Shown piece after piece: positions 8,518 through 17,943 of a stretch of DNA of 64,000 nucleotides (positions are counted from its first letter, which is position 1; each line of letters starts with the position of its first letter). A model generated the notes under the pieces. The model did not search any database, was not told the DNA's origin, and was given only the letters and a program-made list of their open reading frames with translations. The position numbers were made by a program, and so were the translations under genes. This DNA is from a virus: positions 32,001-96,000 of the IMG/VR virus record IMGVR_UViG_3300042691_041718, one strand, 5' to 3'.

Positions 8518-10433
8518 TATATTTCTTTATTTTTTTCATCTAAATAATCTAAAAGATTATTGATTAAATTATCGGCTCTATCATAAAGTTCTTTATTCTT
8601 TAACTTATTAGCTACATAATAATTAATATTTTTATTTGTATAAAACGTTTCTATTAAATTATCAGGAACCCAAACTCCAGAATATTTAAGTTGCATTACG
8701 AATGGCATTACGACATTTTTGGCATTATTTGAAAAACCATCATCAAATACATCGGAATATGATTCTGGTAATTCTTTACCCTCATAATCATCAGCACCGT
8801 CATCACCATGTGCGTAAAATCCACCAACTTTACCTTCTAAATGATTTCTTAGAAGATTGTCATATTTACCAGACTTAGCGAACTTACCAGTAACTTCTGA
8901 TCTTTTAATATTATCAGAACCCATTAGTTTCTTGGCATCATCAATTGTAAGAGTTTGATTAACACTGACCAATCTATCAAAAAGAGTTTTAACTTGTGAT
9001 GATAAGGAGTGCCAGTGTATTGGAGAAAATACTAAAAAAGCATCAGCCTCTTGTAGTAATTCATAAACATTTAACTCTGAAAGTAAATCAGGTTCTTTCA
9101 TCCCTTTGAAATAACAACTACAAGGAAAGTGACAATTGTGAACTTCTATACCTTCACATATAAATTTATGTGATTTTGAAACAGATATATCATAAACATT
9201 TGATCTACCAATTTCTTCTATTTTTTCGACTTTACCATAATAGTCATAATTTTTAGATTTTCTATAAGAAATTTTTTTAAATTTATAATCCTTATTAAAT
9301 ATTCCTATTTTTTCCATAAAAATATTAGCATTAAGGCCACTTATAACTAACATAGATGCTCTTTTTATAAATTTATTAAACCTAAAAGTTTCTATATGAT
9401 CCAAATAGGTTATAGATGATTTTATACCAAATTTAGAAAGTAGCAATTGACAATCTCTTAAAGAATCTTTACTAACACTTGTTAGATTTATTTCATAATA
9501 ATCGTTTCCTCTATTATTTCTTTTAATAATTGATCCATCACTAGCAAACCAACCATTTAAAAAATTAGAAACTTGACTTTTTGATGAATTCATTATGGAT
9601 TCTGGAATTCTTCGATCATATATATTCTTGTTTTTTTCTTCAAATATAAGATTGTTGATAAATAAATTGGTTTCATTGTCATTAAATTTTATCCATTTAA
9701 CTTCGGTATTTTTTGATATAACTCCCTTCTCAGAAATTGAGATATTAAAATTATTAGATAGTTTTTCAATTAGAATTTCATCTCTTACATCATAACATAA
9801 TTTAAGTCTTTTATGATGAACCGCTCCATCTCCCCATAATAAGCCACATAAAAGATATTTATCTAAATTTGATTCATCTTCTTTAAATTCACCAGTAAAT
9901 TTAAATGGTATTCTATCACCGGTTTTTAGATTCTTAACATCGATCCATTCTTCAGTATATCCTTTTAGTTTTTTTTTATTATTATTTTTGTAAATAGGAT
10001 TTATTACTTTTATAGGATGATTATCAGTTAATTTTATTTTTCTTCCGTCGCTTGTTGTAACCTCATATATAATAGAATTATCACCGGTTTTCATAAAATT
10101 ATAAACGGTTCCGGTTGATAATTCATCTCCTATTAAGATATCTTCAATTTTTTTATATCCATATTTAGTCTCAACTCTCTCACCTTCTGCGATACAATGA
10201 AATCCGCCAGCAGTTGAAACACAACCCTTACAAGGTTGTATATTTGGTTTTTTAGATTTATTTACAGATAAATCAATAACTTTTATTTCTAAAAATGGAG
10301 ACCATTTTTCTATAACATACTCAATTACTTTGTGAGTTTTTGATTCCATATTAGGACAAGTATCAGGATCTCTAGGTGATCCTTGAAAAATCAATACTTT
10401 CCATTTTTTATCTCCGAGTTTTCTTATCTTCAT
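8517..10433 (-). CDS. Flavodoxin-like NADPH-dependent FMN reductase / iron-sulfur flavoprotein, intein-containing
   Basis: LIFQGSPR, then the extein Cys cluster PCKGCVSTAGGFH|CHFPCSCY, then ADAFLVFSPIHWHSLSSQVKTLFDRL and GKVGGF. Confidence 0.8.
   Translation of the reverse strand: MKIRKLGDKKWKVLIFQGSPRDPDTCPNMESKTHKVIEYVIEKWSPFLEIKVIDLSVNKSKKPNIQPCKGCVSTAGGFHCIAEGERVETKYGYKKIEDILIGDELSTGTVYNFMKTGDNSIIYEVTTSDGRKIKLTDNHPIKVINPIYKNNNKKKLKGYTEEWIDVKNLKTGDRIPFKFTGEFKEDESNLDKYLLCGLLWGDGAVHHKRLKLCYDVRDEILIEKLSNNFNISISEKGVISKNTEVKWIKFNDNETNLFINNLIFEEKNKNIYDRRIPESIMNSSKSQVSNFLNGWFASDGSIIKRNNRGNDYYEINLTSVSKDSLRDCQLLLSKFGIKSSITYLDHIETFRFNKFIKRASMLVISGLNANIFMEKIGIFNKDYKFKKISYRKSKNYDYYGKVEKIEEIGRSNVYDISVSKSHKFICEGIEVHNCHFPCSCYFKGMKEPDLLSELNVYELLQEADAFLVFSPIHWHSLSSQVKTLFDRLVSVNQTLTIDDAKKLMGSDNIKRSEVTGKFAKSGKYDNLLRNHLEGKVGGFYAHGDDGADDYEGKELPESYSDVFDDGFSNNAKNVVMPFVMQLKYSGVWVPDNLIETFYTNKNINYYVANKLKNKELYDRADNLINNLLDYLDEKNKEI
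9135..10196 (-). mobile_element. Intein with LAGLIDADG endonuclease (354 aa)
   Basis: Begins C-IAEGERVETKYG, block B LTDNHP, LAGLIDADG motifs LCGLLWGDGA and LNGWFASDGS, block F VYDISV, ends VHN followed by Cys(+1). Confidence 0.92.
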
Positions 10434-10465
10434 ATTTTATATATTAAAATTAAGAATTCTATTTT

Positions 10466-10474
10466 TAATATATA
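10466..10474 (+). promoter_or_regulatory. TAATATATA late-type promoter motif (representative copy)
   Basis: Seen just upstream of starts on + at 10466, 17931, 21883, 24699, 27992, 37268, 44038, 48139, 49039, 57347, 63751, and on - at 10438, 16519, 21542, 31877, 36329, 52568, 54099, 57292. Analogous to the T4 late promoter TATAAATA. Confidence 0.6.
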
Positions 10475-10478
10475 ATCT

Positions 10479-11816
10479 ATGGACTATATAAGAGACTATA
10501 AATCATTTGTAAAATCTGTTAGAAAACAGGTTCCAATTATTGAAAAGCAGATATTTAATGACTTCTCAAATTCGATATGGGAAATGAGTTTAAGATCATC
10601 TATATTCACTAACGAAGAAAAATTATTCATTAAAGAGAATTTAATAAGTCATAAAATTGATTTATTGAAAGAAGAATTTGGAATTAAAGATTTCTTTAAA
10701 ACAGTTTATGATAATGGTAAAAAGGTTGGTGGTAAAATGTTTTCTACTATAAAAGAAAAACTTTTAAAGATTAAAGAAGGTATGAAGTCTTTAATATCAG
10801 GTGTTGTAAAGTTTTTTGAAGCAATTATAAAAGTTCTTTTAAATATTAGTCAAAACAATGTTAAGAACATAACAACTCAATTCAAACAACCAATTGACAA
10901 GAAAATAGTTGAGTTGATAACTCAGAAGAAAATAGACAAAGAAGAATTAAAAAGTGATTTATCAAACATTAAACAAACAACTGACTTTTTAAAAACAAAG
11001 TTTGTTTCATCATTCAATAAAAAAATTGAAACGGTAGATGATAAAGTTATCTCAGATGCTGAAGCTGAAGTTTCAAATATAGAAGATGAATTAAAATTAG
11101 AATCATTTGATATTCTTAAAAGTTTTTACTCAATAAATGAGGATTTTAAAGTAGGTGATAAAGTTTCTTATACAAGGGATAATGGTGAAACTGCTGAGAA
11201 AGAAATTTTTAAAATTGATGGTGATACTATAACTTTCAAAGATAAAGACGGAAATGAGTTTACTAAAAATGTTGGTGATGTTAAGGCTGTTAAAAGTGTT
11301 TCTGATAAAGTTTTAGATGCTAAAGATTGGTTTATGAAATGGTTTTTAGATATGAAACAAACCTCACCACCAGAGGAAGGAAAAACTAAATGGTGGATGA
11401 AATTAGTATTGAAAGTTATTCTTTTGTTATTAGCGCCTATGAAAGCTTTAATCTCAACTTCTATAAATTTAATATCTAAAAATGCAGCAAAAGGTCTTTC
11501 AAATTTTGTAAAAGCATTAGGTGGTCCGGGTGTGTTTGAATTCGCAGCATTAAACGCTGTTATATTAGGTATTCCTAATTTAATTGATTCACCAAGTAAA
11601 GTTATATTTACTCAGTTTGGAGTTTCTCAATTAGAGGAACCTTGGAATTTGGTATTTAAGTTATTCTCTAAGTTAATAGTAGATATTTCTGGAATGGATT
11701 CTGTTATTAAGATATTTGGTTTGATTTGTTTACTATTAGTTTTAGAAGGATTGATTTCATCTTACTTCAAAAAAGAAGGTGTTGAAATTAATTTAGAGAA
11801 GAAACCACAGAGTTAG
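10479..11816 (+). CDS. Hypothetical probable virion protein with an SH3/KOW-like segment and a hydrophobic C-terminal region
   Basis: Late motif upstream; N-terminus MDYIRDYKSF; INE-DFKVGDKVSYT segment; hydrophobic C-terminal helices. Confidence 0.55.
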   Translation: MDYIRDYKSFVKSVRKQVPIIEKQIFNDFSNSIWEMSLRSSIFTNEEKLFIKENLISHKIDLLKEEFGIKDFFKTVYDNGKKVGGKMFSTIKEKLLKIKEGMKSLISGVVKFFEAIIKVLLNISQNNVKNITTQFKQPIDKKIVELITQKKIDKEELKSDLSNIKQTTDFLKTKFVSSFNKKIETVDDKVISDAEAEVSNIEDELKLESFDILKSFYSINEDFKVGDKVSYTRDNGETAEKEIFKIDGDTITFKDKDGNEFTKNVGDVKAVKSVSDKVLDAKDWFMKWFLDMKQTSPPEEGKTKWWMKLVLKVILLLLAPMKALISTSINLISKNAAKGLSNFVKALGGPGVFEFAALNAVILGIPNLIDSPSKVIFTQFGVSQLEEPWNLVFKLFSKLIVDISGMDSVIKIFGLICLLLVLEGLISSYFKKEGVEINLEKKPQS

Positions 11817-12085
11817 TCTATGGATTTCAATAAATCTTCTAGTCTTTTATCTCTCAAGTAAGGTATAAAATCTTTTTTTGTGAATTTATGATGTCCTTTT
11901 ATTTCCATTTTTATATTAGGATCTTTTCGACTTGTTAAGTTAAAATAGTAAACAGTCTCAACAACATCATTTAAAATAGCAATTTTATTTATTTTAAGAT
12001 CCTTGACATCTAAATATGGATTTTCAGATGATGATTTTTTATAACATAATTCGTGTATATACTGTTCAATAATTTCCTTGTTCAT
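11813..12085 (-). CDS. Hypothetical protein with C-terminal RDKRLEDLL tag
   Basis: ORF track; second gene of an early-promoter operon. Confidence 0.6.
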   Translation of the reverse strand: MNKEIIEQYIHELCYKKSSSENPYLDVKDLKINKIAILNDVVETVYYFNLTSRKDPNIKMEIKGHHKFTKKDFIPYLRDKRLEDLLKSID

Positions 12086-12447
12086 TATTTAACTCCATAA
12101 ATTTTCTCTCTAACAATAGAGTTTAAAATCTCTTCGATTTCTTTAGTAAGTTCAACTTCTTCACCATCAATTTCTAAAGATAAGATATCAAAACTATCAT
12201 CTTCAATAACAGCTGAATAAGAAGCTGGTGTCCAGTAGTCTCCAGGACAACCTGTAATATAACCGGAAATATTTTGTTCGAATTTAATATCAACACAGAT
12301 ATCATCTTCATTATCTAAGTAGATATAACCCTCTTCAGAAACATACGTTGTATCTTCATCAATATAATCAGAAAAATCTTTAGATGGAATAAATTGTCCT
12401 TCTACGTATTTTAATTTTGAAATGTCGATGTTGTTGATAGTTGTCAT
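12085..12447 (-). CDS. Highly acidic hypothetical protein (PGDYWTP motif)
   Basis: About 29 D/E versus about 8 K/R in 120 aa; directly behind a consensus host-type promoter. Confidence 0.65.
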   Translation of the reverse strand: MTTINNIDISKLKYVEGQFIPSKDFSDYIDEDTTYVSEEGYIYLDNEDDICVDIKFEQNISGYITGCPGDYWTPASYSAVIEDDSFDILSLEIDGEEVELTKEIEEILNSIVREKIYGVK

Positions 12448-12467
12448 ATGTCTTATTATTTATATAA

Positions 12468-12499
12468 CAAATATAAGGCATAAGTTTAACTCCACCAAA
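12468..12499 (-). promoter_or_regulatory. Bacteroidota-type primary-sigma promoter
   Basis: On the - strand TTTG-N20-TATATTTG, matching -33 TTTG / -7 TAnnTTTG. Confidence 0.75.
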
Positions 12500-12530
12500 T
12501 AATGATGGAGTTATTTTTAGTATTTTTTTA

Positions 12531-12878
12531 CTACCCGGCTATTTTCTTAATCTCACCAAAGACTGATTTCCTCGGAACTCTTTGTTTTTCTTGAGGTACT
12601 GGATTATTTTGAATTACACCTACTGGTCCTGATGTACCCATATTACCAGATTTTCCTGAAATTCCGGTACCCCAATCAACTTTCGACCCAACCGCAGTAA
12701 CAATTGGTTTGGTATGTAATTCAACCAACTTATTCCAAATATCATTGAAACTATCCTGGTTTATACCAGCCTGCCTCAAATATTCAAATACCGGGACTTT
12801 TCCAATTTGTTCTAATGATTTACCAGATGCTGTAACAGCATCTGATAATTCTTGTATTGCTTTTTTAACAGTTATCAT
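12531..12878 (-). CDS. Hypothetical protein
   Basis: ORF track; Gly-rich linker in the C-terminal half. Confidence 0.6.
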   Translation of the reverse strand: MITVKKAIQELSDAVTASGKSLEQIGKVPVFEYLRQAGINQDSFNDIWNKLVELHTKPIVTAVGSKVDWGTGISGKSGNMGTSGPVGVIQNNPVPQEKQRVPRKSVFGEIKKIAG

Positions 12879-12880
12879 AA

Positions 12881-13348
12881 TTATTTTAATACAGTTATTT
12901 TATCAAATCCTTCTTCTTTGGTTGGTGATTGATAAGAGTTAAGCATAGTTCTTAAAACTGCTAATGGTATTGATTTGTTTTCGTTAACAGTTCTTATTTT
13001 ATTTCTTCTATCATATTCTTCGTTTGATAAAACGGGGAATACAACTGCTTCTTTGTAGAAGTCAGTGAAATATTTAAGAGTTGATCTTCTTCTTTTAGAA
13101 GTCATGTTAGTCATATCTATGATAACATCTTCGTTTGATTTAGAAGCATCTAATAAGCGTTCGTCTAATATTCGATTAACTTCTTTTTGATTAACTTCAT
13201 TAAAAGCTTTATTATAATCGTTAGATCCATGTACTTCTAAAACTATATCATCTCTAGATATAACTTTAGTGTTTGGGTAGTTTTCTCTTACCCAAGTTGA
13301 TTTACCTGACATTGGTACTCCAATCAATATAAATATTTTAGCTTTCAT
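12881..13348 (-). CDS. P-loop kinase, polynucleotide kinase-like (AAA_33)
   Basis: Start moved to ATG 13348, behind a promoter. ILIGVPMSGKSTW, VISRDDI, VIIDMTN...RR, PTKEEGFD. Confidence 0.8.
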   Translation of the reverse strand: MKAKIFILIGVPMSGKSTWVRENYPNTKVISRDDIVLEVHGSNDYNKAFNEVNQKEVNRILDERLLDASKSNEDVIIDMTNMTSKRRRSTLKYFTDFYKEAVVFPVLSNEEYDRRNKIRTVNENKSIPLAVLRTMLNSYQSPTKEEGFDKITVLK

Positions 13349-13352
13349 AATA

Positions 13353-13383
13353 CAAATATAATAATTATTTTTTAGCAATCAAA
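13353..13383 (-). promoter_or_regulatory. Bacteroidota-type promoter
   Basis: TTTG-N19-TATATTTG on the - strand, 4 nt upstream of the ATG. Confidence 0.7.
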
Positions 13384-14135
13384 AGTTTAACTCTGTTATT
13401 TCCGGTTGATAAACAACGATGGTATCCATCAATCAATCTATAATTATCTCCTTTTTTAATGGCAACACCTCTTATTAACTTAGTTAATACCGTGTTATAA
13501 TTTTTATCATCATAGAAATATCCTCTGTATTTTACAGATCCTTTCTCAATCTCTTTTTTACATTTTTTTACATGATGTTCACTACCAAAAATAATTTTAT
13601 CCAAATCAACAATTTCTAATGACCATTCACTTTCTTTTAATTCAGGTAGAATTTTATTATATTCTAATTTTAAGAGATACTCAACTCGTTCACCTAAAGG
13701 TTCAATTGAAAGAGCTTTAATTATCTCTGAGTTTAATTCATCACAGATATTTTGTTTAAGTAAAATATCTTCGATTTCTTGACCATAATATCCACCACAA
13801 ATATCAACATCCCAAGAATTCGGATCATATACTTTCCATTTTCTAAGAATACGATCTATCATATAAAGATCCATATCTTTTCCATAACCATTTAGCAAAA
13901 GATCTAACTTAACATTTCTCTTTATTGATAAATCATTATCACCATCATTGATAGTATCATAAATAATATTTGATATACGAGTAATATCAACATCTGTGAT
14001 ATAAACATCTGTTATCATACCACAACGACATATACCTTCATCATGGCATCCATTATTCTCACAATCATATGTGACATTGTGATCTTCACTAACACCATTA
14101 TAATAGAAGTTAATATCTCTTAAATTAAATATCAT
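13365..14135 (-). CDS. Hypothetical protein with C-terminal ParB/Srx-like motif
   Basis: YRLIDGYHR near the C-terminus; internal RNVKLDLLL. Confidence 0.55.
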   Translation of the reverse strand: MIFNLRDINFYYNGVSEDHNVTYDCENNGCHDEGICRCGMITDVYITDVDITRISNIIYDTINDGDNDLSIKRNVKLDLLLNGYGKDMDLYMIDRILRKWKVYDPNSWDVDICGGYYGQEIEDILLKQNICDELNSEIIKALSIEPLGERVEYLLKLEYNKILPELKESEWSLEIVDLDKIIFGSEHHVKKCKKEIEKGSVKYRGYFYDDKNYNTVLTKLIRGVAIKKGDNYRLIDGYHRCLSTGNNRVKLLIAKK

Positions 14136-14436
14136 CTTTTTTTCTCACTTTATAGAATTTACCACCAATGTTTTTTACAACATAGACTTTATTACTTTTA
14201 ATTTTTTGCCAAATCTCTTTTATCTCACCACCTTTTAAATCATGCCAACCACTATTTACAACTTCATCTAAAGCATATGGGTACCAAGCATTAATTCTAT
14301 TAATTTTTTTCTTAGTGGTTAATACTGGTTCATCAAGATATAAAAATTTAACACTAGGATCTAATCCTAATTTAGTTTCATAATCTTTATAAAGTCTTTT
14401 AATGTTTGCTACTAAGTGAGCCTTTAAAAAATTCAT
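14125..14436 (-). CDS. Hypothetical protein
   Basis: ORF track; overlaps both neighbours in operon fashion. Confidence 0.55.
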   Translation of the reverse strand: MNFLKAHLVANIKRLYKDYETKLGLDPSVKFLYLDEPVLTTKKKINRINAWYPYALDEVVNSGWHDLKGGEIKEIWQKIKSNKVYVVKNIGGKFYKVRKKDDI

Positions 14437-14810
14437 AGTAAATGTTTTTTAGCGTTATTTAAATAACTTTCAATATTTACTTTACCAACAGTATTAGCCG
14501 AATGTACAACAAAATCTGGTAATGATTTTTTGTTATCAAAACACCAATCAACTAACCATTTTGCTGCCTCATATCCAGTTTTTTCTTTATAATCATTATA
14601 GTTAACGTCACTAACATAGTGTTCGTCAGCTAAATCATGATCGAAAGAAATAAAGTCTGGTAATCCAAACTTTTGGATATAATTACAGAACTCCCAAAAG
14701 TTTCTAACGATAGTCCAGTCGTTAGCCCAATAAAATTGGTTTAAATTATCTGGAACAAATCCGATAGAGTCTTTTGGTATTCTTAAATCGTCTAAGTATA
14801 ATTTTTTCAT
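14433..14810 (-). CDS. Cyclic-phosphate-processing receiver-like domain protein
   Basis: KLYLDDLRIP, IVRNF.EF, ISFDHDL, KTGYEAAKWLV, VHSANTVG. Confidence 0.75.
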   Translation of the reverse strand: MKKLYLDDLRIPKDSIGFVPDNLNQFYWANDWTIVRNFWEFCNYIQKFGLPDFISFDHDLADEHYVSDVNYNDYKEKTGYEAAKWLVDWCFDNKKSLPDFVVHSANTVGKVNIESYLNNAKKHLL

Positions 14811-14977
14811 TAGTCTAAATAAATATCATAGTATTCAGTTGCACAGAAATCTAATAAAACAGCTTGTGACATATAATGTTCATATAAGTCTAAATTATCA
14901 GTTTCTAATTGTGTGATTAAGAAGTTAGCGTAAATTTGAAGAACAGGTCTTAATGCTTTAATAAAAAGTGATTTCAT
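14810..14977 (-). CDS. Small hypothetical protein (55 aa)
   Basis: Below the ORF-track cutoff: MKSLFIKALRPVLQIYANFL...YDIYLD*. Fills the gap between a promoter and the next ATG. Confidence 0.55.
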   Translation of the reverse strand: MKSLFIKALRPVLQIYANFLITQLETDNLDLYEHYMSQAVLLDFCATEYYDIYLD

Positions 14978-15001
14978 AATATTTTTTTTTAGAGTTATTT
15001 A

Positions 15002-15033
15002 CAAATATACATTAAACTTTATAATTATCCAAA
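15002..15033 (-). promoter_or_regulatory. Bacteroidota-type promoter
   Basis: TTTG-N20-TATATTTG on the - strand. Confidence 0.7.
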
Positions 15034-15464
15034 AACTTTATTTCTAATTTAGTTAGATTTTCAATACCAATTTGATTTATTCTATCTAAAATAGTATCTA
15101 TGTCTAAATTTTGATTTATCCATTCTTCTAACTTCATTTTAAAGGTATTGAATCGATGTCTATTTAAAGGATTTATATAATCTTTTAAATGTTCTTGAAT
15201 GTCTAGTCCATTTAAAAGATCCTTAGTTATATTTTTTAATTTAAAACGAATAAAATTTTCATCAAGTATTTTAGCATATCTATCTAAATCTTCTTTAGTT
15301 ATTATCAAAAATAAATTAAATTGTTCTAATTTATCATTAAATTCAAAATAACCATCTGGTAAAATATTTGCAATTGTTTCTTTTTCGTGCTCAGATAATT
15401 TTGAGTACTCATTGTTCAATTCATATGAATTTTGTGTAAATATCATTTTAAATACTTGATACAT
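15012..15464 (-). CDS. Hypothetical protein with DUF6576-like C-terminal helical domain
   Basis: IDTILDRINQIGIENLTKLEIKFL resembles the ID.ILDKI...G..SLT..E..FL motif recalled from Bacteroidota proteins. Confidence 0.5.
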   Translation of the reverse strand: MYQVFKMIFTQNSYELNNEYSKLSEHEKETIANILPDGYFEFNDKLEQFNLFLIITKEDLDRYAKILDENFIRFKLKNITKDLLNGLDIQEHLKDYINPLNRHRFNTFKMKLEEWINQNLDIDTILDRINQIGIENLTKLEIKFLDNYKV

Positions 15465-15501
15465 AAGCTATATATAAAAACATGTAACATCATGATATAA
15501 A

Positions 15502-15753
15502 TTAATCTAATAATTTATTAATTTTATCATCTCTTTCTTGTCTTTTTTCGTATAATTCTATTTCTTTTATGTTAAGTCTATACCACATTTTAAAATCTGA
15601 TATGTAATAAACAAATTCATCCTCACCAGAGGAATCGTCTTTGTAACAAGTTGATCCAAACATGAATTCTTGAAAGCTTTTGTAAAACTCTCTAGGAATT
15701 TCTGATTCTCTTACATCGTATTTGTTATTGTATATTTCAGTTAGTGTTCTCAT
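15502..15753 (-). CDS. Hypothetical protein with C-terminal RDDKINKLL tag
   Basis: ORF track. Confidence 0.6.
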   Translation of the reverse strand: MRTLTEIYNNKYDVRESEIPREFYKSFQEFMFGSTCYKDDSSGEDEFVYYISDFKMWYRLNIKEIELYEKRQERDDKINKLLD

Positions 15754-16081
15754 TGTCTAAAATTTCGTTTAGTTTTCTATCTCTATCTTCTTGTGTTGTT
15801 ACATTTAATCCACTTTCCCATTTAGATTTATAATCTAAAATGAATTTTTTACCAACTTCAATTTCATTTACTTTTAACCCATATCTTTTAATATCATCAA
15901 AAGTTGGTTTTGTATTTCCATAGGTACATATTTCAGCCGTTAATGATATTTCATTGTTTTTAGAAATATAAGATATAACAAAATATTCCCAAGTTACTTT
16001 TTTGGTATCAAAAATACCATAAACTCCTAATTTATTATGATCTTTTATATCAGAATCATAAAGAACTCTACCTTTTATCAT
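15737..16081 (-). CDS. Hypothetical protein with C-terminal RDRKLNEIL tag
   Basis: ORF track. Confidence 0.6.
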   Translation of the reverse strand: MIKGRVLYDSDIKDHNKLGVYGIFDTKKVTWEYFVISYISKNNEISLTAEICTYGNTKPTFDDIKRYGLKVNEIEVGKKFILDYKSKWESGLNVTTQEDRDRKLNEILDNENTN

Positions 16082-16356
16082 TTTAATAAATCGTTTAGTT
16101 TGTTGTCTCTAATAATTGATTTTAAAAAATCATCTGGATCACCTTTGTACTCTACTCTATATTGAATAGTTGAATTTATGTTTATTGTAATTATAGGGTT
16201 AATATCTTTAAACTTCAAAGTATCGATTGAATCGTAACTTTCTATAATAACACTATCAACAAATTCAACGTATCTAGGAAATTCATCTTGTTGACTTTTT
16301 ATATTTTCTCTTGAAATTGAAACTATATTATCTTTGTTTGTTTTTAGATAAATCAT
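16078..16356 (-). CDS. Hypothetical protein with C-terminal RDNKLNDLL tag
   Basis: ORF track. Confidence 0.6.
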   Translation of the reverse strand: MIYLKTNKDNIVSISRENIKSQQDEFPRYVEFVDSVIIESYDSIDTLKFKDINPIITININSTIQYRVEYKGDPDDFLKSIIRDNKLNDLLK

Positions 16357-16501
16357 CTTCCAAAATTTTCTTTTTTTTATCGTAAAAAATAGTTAATTCA
16401 TCAATCCATCTTTTTACGATAGCAGCTCTTTCGTAATCCTCCTTCTCTAATAATTCTTGAAGCCTTCTTTCAAGAAAAATTATATCCCCATTCTTAGCCA
16501 T
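16328..16501 (-). CDS. Stand-alone UVR (UvrB/UvrC-motif) protein, 57 aa
   Basis: Below cutoff: MAKNGDIIFLERRLQELLEKEDYERAAIVKRWIDEL...; the L...L..EDYE.AA motif; late motif upstream. Confidence 0.6.
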   Translation of the reverse strand: MAKNGDIIFLERRLQELLEKEDYERAAIVKRWIDELTIFYDKKKKILEDDLSKNKQR

Positions 16502-16542
16502 ATAAAAACTTTTGTTTATATATATTATAGTATTAAAAAGTG

Positions 16543-16572
16543 AAAAAGACTGATTTTTAGATCAGTCTTTTT
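16543..16572. terminator. Bidirectional intrinsic terminator
   Basis: AAAAAGACTGAT-loop-ATCAGTCTTTTT. Confidence 0.7.
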
Positions 16573-16584
16573 CATTAGTTATTA

Positions 16585-17820
16585 TTAGAAAGAGTCACAG
16601 TAACCACCCCAAGCTCCCCAATCATATTCATCATCAGTTTTACTTGGTAAGTTTCCACCAGGAGTAACTGTTGCTTCACCTAAATCATCACCATTTGAGT
16701 AGTCTAATTCAGGTAAGTACTCTAACAAGTCGTTACGTGTACAATCTGTTTTGTGGTTCAATTTGTAGTAAACTGTTAATTTGAAACCATCCCATTCAGT
16801 ATCAATATACTCAATATCCAATGATACAAGTAAATCTTCAATTAAGTTTTGCTCATAAGAGATACGCTCTTTACATAAATCAACTGACACAACTTTCTTA
16901 GATAAAGATTCAATCTCTACTTTAGACAAGTAGTTGTATTTTCTATCGTGGAACCAAACATTTTCTGTTTTAACTTTACTCACACTTGTAGAATTCCAAG
17001 AAGATGTGTAACTTCTACCATATCCATAACCGTAATCATCATCCCAGTAAGATCCGTAGCTTTTGTATGATTTATATTCTGTAACAGAAGGGTCACGTTT
17101 AACTGGAAGTTCAGCCCAATTTACTTTTAAACAAGCTTCAGCTAATTTTGTTAAGTGATCAATATCTTGTCTTTCGGAAAAAGTGTGTTCACTATAATAA
17201 CCAACTGAAATGTTTGTACACTCTGGATAGATTGAGATAAATTGTACAGAGTCAGTTAAAACACCAGTATCGTCATTTTTATAATCAAATGTTGATTCAA
17301 CTTCATTGAATTGTTTAGAAAGAGCTTCACCGAATTCTTCTGAACAACAACGTCTAGAAGTTTGGTGTGTGATAATTGAAGAAGTACCACGTCTATCAAA
17401 AGAAACAACTTTGTTAATACCTTCAATTTTTTCTTTCTTTTGAACTTCAGCAACTTTCTTAGAACCGATACAACCAACTTCTTCACCTAAGAAAAAGTAG
17501 TAAAGACCTGGGATGTTGTTTTTAATCATATACAACATAATAGTCACACCAGCTTTATCATCAGCACCTAAGATAGAAGTACCATCTGTTTTGATTATGT
17601 TTTCTTCAATAACGTGTTTTACTGGAGATAAAGCGGAAGTAGCAGTATCTAAGTGTGATGTAAACATCACGTCACTCTCACCTATCTTAATAAAGAGGTT
17701 ACCGAATTCATCAGTTTGTAAACCATCAACAGTAGAATGTAGAATTGGAAACAATTGTTCTTCTGTACCATTTGGATATGTTCTTGATGTTAATTCTAAA
17801 AATTTCTCTTTGATATTCAT
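16585..17820 (-). CDS. M20/M28-family zinc metallopeptidase with low-complexity Y/S/G tail
   Basis: SHLDT, LGADDKAG, GEEVGCIGS, FDRR, TDS, ECTNISVGYYSEHT. Confidence 0.8.
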   Translation of the reverse strand: MNIKEKFLELTSRTYPNGTEEQLFPILHSTVDGLQTDEFGNLFIKIGESDVMFTSHLDTATSALSPVKHVIEENIIKTDGTSILGADDKAGVTIMLYMIKNNIPGLYYFFLGEEVGCIGSKKVAEVQKKEKIEGINKVVSFDRRGTSSIITHQTSRRCCSEEFGEALSKQFNEVESTFDYKNDDTGVLTDSVQFISIYPECTNISVGYYSEHTFSERQDIDHLTKLAEACLKVNWAELPVKRDPSVTEYKSYKSYGSYWDDDYGYGYGRSYTSSWNSTSVSKVKTENVWFHDRKYNYLSKVEIESLSKKVVSVDLCKERISYEQNLIEDLLVSLDIEYIDTEWDGFKLTVYYKLNHKTDCTRNDLLEYLPELDYSNGDDLGEATVTPGGNLPSKTDDEYDWGAWGGYCDSF

Positions 17821-17851
17821 CGCTCTTTTTTTTAGTTTCTTATTTATAATA

Positions 17852-17882
17852 CAAATATAGATATTATTTATTTATCCACAAA
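17852..17882 (-). promoter_or_regulatory. Bacteroidota-type promoter
   Basis: TTTG-N19-TATATTTG on the - strand, upstream of the peptidase. Confidence 0.7.
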
Positions 17883-17943
17883 ATTATTTAGAATTATTTT
17901 AAATAAAAAATTTAAGTAAGTTTTATAATTTAATATATATGTT

